Shown: positions 1 to 8,276 of the stretch, piece after piece
Numbering within the stretch: position 1 is the stretch's first letter
Layout of the letters: every line of letters starts with the position of its first letter
Assembly: GCA_051382335.1 (NCBI GenBank)
Contig: JBBCAX010000250.1
Location: 27,498-91,497, forward strand
Length of the DNA stretch: 64,000 nucleotides
Direction of reading: 5' to 3'
Origin: Deltaproteobacteria bacterium TL4
Lineage (GTDB): Bacteria; SAR324; NAC60-12
The notes under the pieces: generated by a model
The model's database searches: none
What the model was told of the DNA's origin: nothing
Seen by the model: the letters and a program-made list of their open reading frames with translations, nothing else
Position numbers and translations under genes: made by a program

Positions 1-2031
1 ATTCGCCAGATCATCAAAGGGCTTCTGTATCGACAGGAGGGGCGGTTTCAAAAAAAAATGGGGCAAGCGCTGTTCCATTTACTGGAAGCCTCTGAAGCAG
101 AAAAGGATTTTTACCAGTCCTTTCAACAACTCATGCCCTCCGAACAACAGCAAGTGGTTCAATACTTAAAGCAACTGCGGCAGCCTCTTAAAGCCTCGTC
201 CGAAGAGGACCCCGCTGGTCCTTCAGCGTCTCAAGCCCTTCTGCCAGCCTCAGTGAAAATAAATAACGTTCTGGAGTCCCTTCCCTTGGCAGAACACGCG
301 GAGGCGAAAGCGGTGGATGATTCTAAGGAAACGGTTTCAACGGCGGCGGAAACAGACCCGTTAGAACTCCTGAAGGAACTGGGCCTTGAACCGACGAATA
401 TTTTACCAAAGGCCCTCACCTTTAGGGAAAAATTTTCCCTTTGGAACTGGTTTCATGCAAAACAATCCCAATTCCTGGAGGGGTTCCAAATTCACCAGTT
501 TAAGCTATTCCGAAAATCATTTGTCTGGTTGCTGCCCCTTATGCTGTTCGCGGGTATCGCCGCTGTGGATACGTTTGTCGATTTAGTGCTGTTTTGGCCA
601 GAGGGGAAGGATCTGTCAACCTTCTTTCATCTGGACCGTCAGGCCGCCATGCAAATTTTAGCGGGAATCAACCGCTCCATGAATCAAATTCTGGGGGCCT
701 GTATGATCGCGCTGGTAATCGCCCTGCCTTTGATCGCTAATCTCTATACCCCGCGTCTGGTCTCGACTTTTAGCAAAGATCCCATCACCTTGATCACGTT
801 GATTTTGATGGTCATGAATAACGGGAATACGATCTGGACACTCTATATTTTTAACTATGTGGAGGTTCCGGTATTCCAGGTCTATTCCTGCATTCTTTTG
901 TTTGTAGTCTGCGTCGTTATGATGATTCCCTATTTTCTCAAGATACTTCACTACCTGGACCCCTATTTTCTGATTTTGAGTCTTGAAACGGAAATCCACG
1001 AAGAATTTGAGAAACTTCAGGCAAATTCTGAATTTTCTTCTGAATCCAGAACCCATATTCTGGATCAGTTGAGCACGTTGAACAATATGATCATGAAAGG
1101 CCTGTCCCGAAATGACAGAGAAATGGCGACCGAAGGCATACGAGCGGAACACCGGATTCTGGACGCCTATGCGTCTATTAAAAAAAAGATGCCAGAGGAA
1201 TGGCAAGAAATTGATTATTCTACTTTTATTGGGATGTCCACGAGGGGCGTGGAGGAAGTCACCCGGCGGCGCATCTGGTTTGAACTCTATCTGATGCATT
1301 TCATGTTGAGAGTCTTTATCCGTTCTTTGAAAATTATGCCTGAATTGTGTTCTGCCATCTCGGAATTATTGTATCGTACCGCCATCAAATACATGAATTC
1401 AGGAGAACCGGAAACCATGCGTTTGTGTATGGTGTTCTTCAATACGTTTCTTGGGGAGGGAATCCGTAACAAGGCGACTGATTCGATTCACAATGTGTTT
1501 TACCAATACCGCCTGTTTGCGGAGATGTCGCTTTCCATGGACAATATCATCCTTTGCGAAGCAGCGGAAAATTTCAGAAAATATTCCTGGATGGCCGCGG
1601 AAAACAATCTGTGGCAAATCCGTGACACCGCCCTGTATGACCTGGTTCATTTGGCCTATGTCGCGAAGAATTACGCGGGAGATGAGGAAGCCTATCAAGT
1701 CCTGTGTCAAAAAATACTCGACTTTGACCCCTTCAAATATCCTGAAGAAACCAACAGCATCCTCAAAGCGCATTTGATTTTTGCCGGATTGTTAGTCTCT
1801 CATGGGGAAGAAACGCTGCTTCAGCAGTTGTGGCCCTATTTTTACAAAATTCCCAAAGAACGGTTACAAATCTATTATACCGATCTACTGATCTACAACG
1901 AAAAAATTCAACCCGAAATCACCGACCGTTTCGTGAGCTCCGCCTATTTGAGTGAGGAACAGAGCCTCCTGGTTCGTGAAGTATTCCAACTCCTCGGCAT
2001 CACCGGAGGCGCCTCATGTCCAGCACCATGA
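1..2031 (+). CDS. DUF2254-like membrane protein with soluble N-terminal region (5' end probably outside the window)
   Basis: Frame is open from base 1 (IRQIIKGLLYRQEGRFQKKM...). Four hydrophobic segments with motif ANLYTPRLVSTFSKD, then a long helical C-terminal domain. Paralogous to the next ORF. Confidence 0.6.
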   Translation: MRQIIKGLLYRQEGRFQKKMGQALFHLLEASEAEKDFYQSFQQLMPSEQQQVVQYLKQLRQPLKASSEEDPAGPSASQALLPASVKINNVLESLPLAEHAEAKAVDDSKETVSTAAETDPLELLKELGLEPTNILPKALTFREKFSLWNWFHAKQSQFLEGFQIHQFKLFRKSFVWLLPLMLFAGIAAVDTFVDLVLFWPEGKDLSTFFHLDRQAAMQILAGINRSMNQILGACMIALVIALPLIANLYTPRLVSTFSKDPITLITLILMVMNNGNTIWTLYIFNYVEVPVFQVYSCILLFVVCVVMMIPYFLKILHYLDPYFLILSLETEIHEEFEKLQANSEFSSESRTHILDQLSTLNNMIMKGLSRNDREMATEGIRAEHRILDAYASIKKKMPEEWQEIDYSTFIGMSTRGVEEVTRRRIWFELYLMHFMLRVFIRSLKIMPELCSAISELLYRTAIKYMNSGEPETMRLCMVFFNTFLGEGIRNKATDSIHNVFYQYRLFAEMSLSMDNIILCEAAENFRKYSWMAAENNLWQIRDTALYDLVHLAYVAKNYAGDEEAYQVLCQKILDFDPFKYPEETNSILKAHLIFAGLLVSHGEETLLQQLWPYFYKIPKERLQIYYTDLLIYNEKIQPEITDRFVSSAYLSEEQSLLVREVFQLLGITGGASCPAP

Positions 2032-3554
2032 TCCAAAAACTCAATGAGAGTTTTCGCTTATCCCGCTTTGCCAAAGGCTGGCTGGGTTTTTCCTGTCTGC
2101 TCCTGGGCTTTTATCTGGGTGCACTGGGAATCAATCTTTGGTTTCAACCGGAGGCGTTTCATCGACTCCTGAACCTGGATCCTGCTGTGGTTTATCAAGT
2201 GGTCACCGCCTTGAGCCGATCTTCAGGACAATTTTTGGGGATTGCCTTAACCTGTCTTGGCGTCGCGCTGCCGGTCACCGCTAACCTGTACACTCCGCGC
2301 CTCGTTCAACTGTTTCTTACGGATCGTTTTAATGTGGGCATGTTGGGATTAATTCTCCTGACCCTGGTTCATAACATCTGGACCCATTATGGCTTGCGTC
2401 ATAGTGCTTCCTTAGACTTTGATTTATATGTAACTCTGGTACTTTTTTTCCTGACCTTAAGTCTGCTTTTGATCTACTTTGGACATATGTCTCAATATTT
2501 CAATCCTTCATTTCTGATATTCCGCCTGGAACACAATATTGATGTCGCTCTGGATCAAATTCATCAAGGGTCCGTTTTTCAGAGTAAACAACGAAGTAAA
2601 ATTCTGGTGGAGTTAAACAATATGGCCAAAATGATTCTCAAGTCGATTGACCATTCGGATCGAGAAGTCGCTCTGGAAGGCATTTACGCACTCAAACGGC
2701 TATTGGATCATTATGTTCATTTAAAAGCGACAATGCCAAAGGCCTGGATGGAACTGGATTATTCTTATTTTACCGGCTTATCTTCCGAAGGCTTGACCGA
2801 AATCAATATCCGAAAAATTTGGTTTGAACTCCTGATTCTGAAATATCTTTCTCAAGCCTTTAATAGCTGCTTGAATGTTCACCCTGATTTAGCCTCCGCC
2901 ATCGCGGAACAAAACCAGTATATTGGACTCAACTATCTCATGTGCCAGGATTCAGAGGTTGTTCATCTGTGTATTCGCTCCTTCAATACCTATTTGAGCA
3001 GCACCATGGAGCAAAACGATCTCGCCTCCATGAACAATGTGTGGTATCAATATGGCCGATTTTCGGAAGTTCTGATGAATTTTGACCAAACCGCATTGCG
3101 GGAAGTGATCCGTCACATACGCTATTTCATCAACCAGGGAAAACAAAAACAAATCATACATAAGATGTTTGATTCTCTGCTGAAGTTTCTGTTGCTCTTA
3201 ATCCAGATTACCCATCAAAGTCAATACACCACAACCTACCATTATCTGTGTGAAACTCTTCATTCCATTGCCATGCCCTCGGATTTTCGGGATTTAAACG
3301 CCGTCATCATGGGTAAATTAATTTACGCCGGATTTTTGCTGAAAGTTGACGATCAACAACGTTTTGAGGCACTGTGGCCTCAATTGCTTGAAATCGCTCC
3401 TGATCGACTCCCGATGTACTATCAGGAACTGATTGTCATCAACGCCAGAATGCAAAATGAAATGACAGCGCAAGTCTTGAATCACTTTTACCTTTCAGAC
3501 AAAGATCAGGTGCATGTCAAAGAAATTTTCCGGCGTCTTGGCTTCTTTTTGTAA
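2016..3554 (+). CDS. DUF2254-like membrane protein, paralog of upstream gene
   Basis: 512 aa; GGAGG at 2005-2009. Shares ANLYTPRLV..F..D, DRE.A.EGI.A..R.LD.Y and R.IWFEL motifs with the upstream ORF. Confidence 0.65.
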   Translation: MSSTMIQKLNESFRLSRFAKGWLGFSCLLLGFYLGALGINLWFQPEAFHRLLNLDPAVVYQVVTALSRSSGQFLGIALTCLGVALPVTANLYTPRLVQLFLTDRFNVGMLGLILLTLVHNIWTHYGLRHSASLDFDLYVTLVLFFLTLSLLLIYFGHMSQYFNPSFLIFRLEHNIDVALDQIHQGSVFQSKQRSKILVELNNMAKMILKSIDHSDREVALEGIYALKRLLDHYVHLKATMPKAWMELDYSYFTGLSSEGLTEINIRKIWFELLILKYLSQAFNSCLNVHPDLASAIAEQNQYIGLNYLMCQDSEVVHLCIRSFNTYLSSTMEQNDLASMNNVWYQYGRFSEVLMNFDQTALREVIRHIRYFINQGKQKQIIHKMFDSLLKFLLLLIQITHQSQYTTTYHYLCETLHSIAMPSDFRDLNAVIMGKLIYAGFLLKVDDQQRFEALWPQLLEIAPDRLPMYYQELIVINARMQNEMTAQVLNHFYLSDKDQVHVKEIFRRLGFFL

Positions 3555-3593
3555 TCCCCATGGAACAAGTTCGAGTAAGCCTCGTTCCTCGGC

Positions 3594-3674
3594 AGGTATT
3601 AAGTGACATTTCAGCCCTATGGCGTAATATCCCATCCATCCCTGGATAGTCGCTCTCAGGGATTTCAGACGACT
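3594..3674 (-). pseudogene. Possible remnant of a group II intron RT/maturase (domain X)
   Basis: Minus-strand peptide SRLKSLRATIQGWMGYYAIGLKCHLIP fits the domain X pattern L...(I/V).GW..Y(F/Y) as I recall it. No RT core nearby. Confidence 0.45.
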
Positions 3675-3763
3675 TGGAAATCTTGATCCAAATGGGCAGA
3701 ACACGGTGAAGGGCTAAACGTAGAAAGGAAGGCTAGGACCTTGATTCTTTTCGCCATGATTTT

Positions 3764-4552
3764 TTAATTTGCTAACCACTTTTTATTAATCTTTTCAAAG
3801 ACACCATTATGTATAATTATTTCCCTTCCACGGTCAAAGTCTTCAATGAACATCTTTACTTGAGGATGTTTTTTTAAGCCTATCAAAAATTCCTCAGAAT
3901 AATCAAAGGAGGGTAATTTCTTTATTTTGTGAGCAATCCCTGCCTTTTTTAATTCATAATCAAAAGTAATTTCATAACCAACTACTCCATCTAAACGGTG
4001 GTTTTCAAGCATCATTAGTGCACTGACAACCTTGAATGTTGGATATTTATCGATAAAATCAGCAGCATCCCACTTTTGTCCAAAGGACCATTCATTCATC
4101 GTCCCAATACGGAATCCCTTAAGTGATTCTAAACCCTTCCATTTAAAGTTAGAATCAGATCTGACATAAATAAGAAAATTTTGACGATCTGTTGAAAATT
4201 CAGAATAATGAAACTTCTCTAATCTTTCTTTCGTTTTTGTGGCCGGAAAAATTAAATCGGCATCTCCAGATTCAACAAATAACATGGCTCTAGCCCAAGG
4301 AGCTAATATCAGATGGATTGTGTATCCTACTGCATGATAACTCTCTCGAACTACGTCCCAGCTATATCCTTTGAAGGTTATAGCATCTTCACCTGGCGGA
4401 ATTATTCTCTTCAACTTTTTCGATGCGACCTCATCTCTAAAACAAAAAGGAGGATAATCATCCAAGGTGGTGAGTTTTATAATCTTTTCGGCAGACCCTC
4501 CAAAAGAACCACAAAACAATAATAATCCTATGATAATTGACTTTTTATACAT
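3764..4552 (-). CDS. Periplasmic substrate-binding protein, family 3 (amino-acid type)
   Basis: Signal peptide; DYPPFCF, PWARAM..VESGDAD and TKERLEKFHYS motifs. Noticeably AT-rich. Confidence 0.85.
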   Translation of the reverse strand: MYKKSIIIGLLLFCGSFGGSAEKIIKLTTLDDYPPFCFRDEVASKKLKRIIPPGEDAITFKGYSWDVVRESYHAVGYTIHLILAPWARAMLFVESGDADLIFPATKTKERLEKFHYSEFSTDRQNFLIYVRSDSNFKWKGLESLKGFRIGTMNEWSFGQKWDAADFIDKYPTFKVVSALMMLENHRLDGVVGYEITFDYELKKAGIAHKIKKLPSFDYSEEFLIGLKKHPQVKMFIEDFDRGREIIIHNGVFEKINKKWLAN

Positions 4553-4749
4553 ATTTCCTGCTATCTGCGACGTTGTTTTTCCCTATATTTTCTAACTTTG
4601 ATGACTGAAGACGCTCGTAATAAACTGCCAGGCAATGACCGTGGCATACGACACGTACCATAAATCGATATGCTCCTCAACTGTTCGCAAGGTCAACTTG
4701 AACATAAATTGAGGGGTTTGCCGAAACAAAAGATGAAGTGTGAGTCATC

Positions 4750-5439
4750 TCATCGAGTCACACCAAACCACATTCCGACCGCCGCAGTTAAACCCATTGC
4801 CAACGCACCCCAAAAAGTAACGCGGGCCGCACCGAAAGCGACTGACGCACCGCCTGCATGTGCCGCAAGACCACCTAAAACCGCCAGGAATATTAATGAT
4901 AGGATGGCAACCAGGGGTATTAGTTGCGTGCCTGGAACGATCCATGCGACCAATAGTGGCAATGCGGCACCAACGGTGAACGTAGCGGAAGAGGAAAAGG
5001 CAGCTTGAATAGGTCGTGCTCTTACGCTTTCAAATATCCCCAATTCATCTCTGGCGTGCGCGCCCAGGGCATCGTGAGCCATGAGCTGTGTTGCTACCAG
5101 TTTTGCCAGATTTGAATCAAGTCCTCTTTCTTCATAAAGCGCGGCAAGTTCCAGTTGCTCAAATTCATTATCATGTTTCAAAGATTTTTTCTCAAGTTCC
5201 AGATCTGCATTTTCAGTATCGGCTTGAGAACTAACCGAAACATACTCACCTGCGGCCATTGACATAGCGCCGGCAACCAAGCCTGCGACACCAGCGAGAA
5301 GGATATCGACGTGCGCTGTCTGTGCGCTAGCTACGCCGATAATAAGACTCGCTGTTGAAACAATCCCGTCATTTGCGCCCAGTACTGCGGCACGAAGCCA
5401 GCCTATACGATGCGACTTATGGACTTCATGATGAGTCAT
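4750..5439 (-). CDS. VIT1/CCC1 family Fe2+/Mn2+ transporter
   Basis: GWLRAAVLGANDGIVST and GAMSMAAGEYVSVSSQAD signatures. Confidence 0.95.
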   Translation of the reverse strand: MTHHEVHKSHRIGWLRAAVLGANDGIVSTASLIIGVASAQTAHVDILLAGVAGLVAGAMSMAAGEYVSVSSQADTENADLELEKKSLKHDNEFEQLELAALYEERGLDSNLAKLVATQLMAHDALGAHARDELGIFESVRARPIQAAFSSSATFTVGAALPLLVAWIVPGTQLIPLVAILSLIFLAVLGGLAAHAGGASVAFGAARVTFWGALAMGLTAAVGMWFGVTR

Positions 5440-5515
5440 AATCTTCCCCAGATTTAATGATTGAGACTAACGTCTGAATGAACGGTTTTTGACCACGCTG
5501 TTGAACAGGGAAACC

Positions 5516-6352
5516 CTACTTTTCAATTAAACGGAGACCCTCCTTTTCGATGGTGAGGATCCTCTGCTTGTACAAGCAACCAATGGCTTTTTTGAAGGAG
5601 CTTTTGCTCATACCCAATAATTCTGAAATTAATTGAGGATCCGACTTATCATGCACCGGGGCAAATCCCTGATTATTTTTTAAGTAGTTTTCAATAATGT
5701 CGGCATATTTATCGCGGGTTTCCTGACCGCCTTGAAGACTTAAATCAATTTTCCCATCCGTGCGAATATTTTTAATATAACCTTTAAGAGGCTCACCGAA
5801 ACTTATGCGTTGAAAGACCTCGTTTTTATAGAGTATGCCCCAATGACTGTGGTTGATAATGGCTCGATAACCCAGTTCAGTACTATTGGCAATAATCAGA
5901 TTTACAGCTTGGAGCGGTTTAAAGTCATGAGGTTTTTCGTCGTCAATAAACTTATCAATTTTAGAGGACGCGGTAATCCGACCATCCACCTTATTGAGAT
6001 ATAAGTACACCAAATAAGACCGCCCAATTTCCATGGGTTTGCGCTGTTCAGCAAAAGGCACTAAGAGGTCTTTATCCAGGCCCCAATCTAAAAAAACGCC
6101 AACAGGGGTAATGGACGACACGCTTAAATAGGCAAACTCTCCCACTTGAGCCTTGGGTTTTTGAGTGGTTGCGAGGGGGCGATCTTCTGAATCAAAATAA
6201 AGAAACACCTTAAGGAAATCGCCCTGAGACACCTCCTCCGGTTTATATTTACGAGGCAATAAGACCTCGCCTAGTTCCTGGGCATCTAAATAAACGCCAA
6301 AATCCACAATTTTTACCACTTCCAATTCACAAGTCTGGCCGATACGAATCAT
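5516..6352 (-). CDS. cvfB: CvfB family S1-domain RNA-binding protein
   Basis: FGVYLD, GVFLDWGLDKDLLVPFAEQ, DGKIDLSL and C-terminal winged helix DKSDP..I...GMSKSSFKKAIG.LYK. Confidence 0.92.
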   Translation of the reverse strand: MIRIGQTCELEVVKIVDFGVYLDAQELGEVLLPRKYKPEEVSQGDFLKVFLYFDSEDRPLATTQKPKAQVGEFAYLSVSSITPVGVFLDWGLDKDLLVPFAEQRKPMEIGRSYLVYLYLNKVDGRITASSKIDKFIDDEKPHDFKPLQAVNLIIANSTELGYRAIINHSHWGILYKNEVFQRISFGEPLKGYIKNIRTDGKIDLSLQGGQETRDKYADIIENYLKNNQGFAPVHDKSDPQLISELLGMSKSSFKKAIGCLYKQRILTIEKEGLRLIEK

Positions 6353-6392
6353 TTATTTACCTTTTAAAGTACAGGTTCCTTTGTGTGTTTTG

Positions 6393-6614
6393 TCACGCAC
6401 CGACCTCTTTTTGCATGACGATGTATAAATCCTCGACTTTTTTTCTGGCCCAAGGGGTCGCTCTCAGAAATTTCAGGCTGGACTTAATTGACGGGGTACT
6501 GTTGAAACATCGGATGTCGATGTGTTTGCCCAGTTCGTTCCAGCCATAGTGCTCAACCAGGACATTCACAGCCTGTTCCAGGGTAACGCCGTGCAGGGTA
6601 TTGACTTGTCGCAT
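6393..6614 (-). CDS. VF530/DUF2132 family small DNA-binding protein
   Basis: LHGVTLE...YGWNEL...IRCF...[24 protein letters not shown]. Confidence 0.92.
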   Translation of the reverse strand: MRQVNTLHGVTLEQAVNVLVEHYGWNELGKHIDIRCFNSTPSIKSSLKFLRATPWARKKVEDLYIVMQKEVGA

Positions 6615-6757
6615 AACCAGACTTTGTCCTTCTTGGTGAAATTGTTTTTACGCCTAACTGAACATCAGTAGACTTGACAAGCTACGCTGAATTTGGAAAA
6701 AAGCAATATGCTTACAATTTGTTGGTGAATTATTGACTCCGTCTTTTTGTTGACCTG

Positions 6758-8125
6758 ATGATGAAATTAAACAAGGAAGTTATTCAAATCGCAAAAGCTT
6801 TTTCAGAAGTCGGAGGTAAAGCGATTCTGGTGGGAGGCAGTGTCCGTGATCATTTTCTGGAGGGACACCTGGCCAAAGACTTGGATATCGAAGTTTATCA
6901 CCTTTCCCTGGAACAATTGGAATCGGTTCTCGCGCAATTTGGGAAAGTGTATGCGGTAGGAAAAAGTTTTGGTGTTCTCAAACTTTCAACAAAAGTAGCG
7001 GACTATGATGTGAGTTTTCCCCGACGCGAAAATAAAATCGGAAAAGGACACAAGGGCTTTATTGTTGAAACGGATTCCCAAATGACCTTTGAGGAAGCAG
7101 CCTCCCGCAGAGATTTCACCATCAACGCCATGGGTTACGATATTCTGGAAGAAAAACTCCTTGATCCTTTTAAGGGGCAAAGCGACCTGAAACACAAAAT
7201 ACTAAGGCATATCGGCCCGTCCTTTTCTGAGGATCCCTTAAGAGTGTTGAGAGCCATGCAGTTTGCGGGTCGTTTCGAATTAAACGTCGCGCCTGAAACC
7301 ATTGAATTAGCGCAACAGTTGGAATTGTCGGAACTGGCGTGTGAACGGATTTTTGAAGAGTTCAAAAAGTTGCTGTTGAAGGCAAAACGTCCTTCTTTGG
7401 GTTTGGAAGCCGCCAAACGAATGAATGTGCTGGATTATTTTCCCGAACTTAAAGCGCTCGTTGGTGTTCCTCAAGACCCCGAATGGCATCCAGAAGGGGA
7501 TGTCTGGCAGCACAACCAATTGGTTATTGACGAAGCGGCTCTTTTGCGTCAGAACGATGAAAAGAAGGATTTGGCGATGATGTTCGGTGCCTTGTGTCAT
7601 GATTTTGGCAAGCCTGGCACCACCGAGTTTATGGAGGGACGCTGGAGGAGCTATAAACATGAGTTGCTAGGTCAGGAACCTGCGGAGCTCTTTCTGAGAC
7701 GTTTGACCAAGGAACAGGAATTGATTGAATTGGTAAAAATCTATGTTACCGAACACCTAAAACCGGCACATTTATTTAAAGACAAGGAAAACGTCAAAGA
7801 TGGCACCATTCGACGTTTATCACTGAAAGTTTCAATCGCTGATCTCCTCCAGGTCGCTCAGGCCGATCACTTCGGGCGGACAACCTCTGATGCGCTTGCC
7901 CGTTCTTTTCCCGCAGGAGCATGGCTTCGTGCCAGAGCCGAGGCCTTGAAAGTTCAAGATTCCGCACCGAAGCCTTTCTTAAGGGGACGACATCTCCTGG
8001 AACTGGGAATGAAACCTGGTCCGCAGATGGGGCAGTTGCTCAAGGAGGCGTTTGAGCAGCAACTTGAAGGACAACTTAATTCTTTAGAACAAGCCCTTAC
8101 GTGGGCCAAAGAAATCTTAATTTAA
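6758..8125 (+). CDS. cca: Class II tRNA nucleotidyltransferase (CCA-adding) with HD domain
   Basis: VGGSVRD, DLDIEV, RRDFTINAM, EDPLRVLRAMQF; HD domain HPEGDVWQH...CHDFGK; C-terminal LLELGMKPGPQMG. Confidence 0.9.
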   Translation: MMKLNKEVIQIAKAFSEVGGKAILVGGSVRDHFLEGHLAKDLDIEVYHLSLEQLESVLAQFGKVYAVGKSFGVLKLSTKVADYDVSFPRRENKIGKGHKGFIVETDSQMTFEEAASRRDFTINAMGYDILEEKLLDPFKGQSDLKHKILRHIGPSFSEDPLRVLRAMQFAGRFELNVAPETIELAQQLELSELACERIFEEFKKLLLKAKRPSLGLEAAKRMNVLDYFPELKALVGVPQDPEWHPEGDVWQHNQLVIDEAALLRQNDEKKDLAMMFGALCHDFGKPGTTEFMEGRWRSYKHELLGQEPAELFLRRLTKEQELIELVKIYVTEHLKPAHLFKDKENVKDGTIRRLSLKVSIADLLQVAQADHFGRTTSDALARSFPAGAWLRARAEALKVQDSAPKPFLRGRHLLELGMKPGPQMGQLLKEAFEQQLEGQLNSLEQALTWAKEILI

Positions 8126-8152
8126 AAATAAACGGTCAGGACCTATTCGATA

Positions 8153-8271
8153 GTAGGGGCGAACCTGTGTGTTCGCCCTGATCCCGGGCAGACACTACGG
8201 GATAAAACACAAATCAGGTGGAACATCAAAGATCAAATTTTTGACACAGGGCCAAAAATGTGACCAACCCC
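8153..8271 (-). mobile_element. Truncated copy of the MITE/REP element at 34607-34766
   Basis: GTAGGGGCGAACCTGTGTGTTCGCCCT hairpin through AATGTGACCAACCCC aligns to the reverse complement of 34607-34737. It has a 13-nt internal deletion and lacks one TIR. Confidence 0.85.
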
Positions 8272-8276
8272 GTTTT

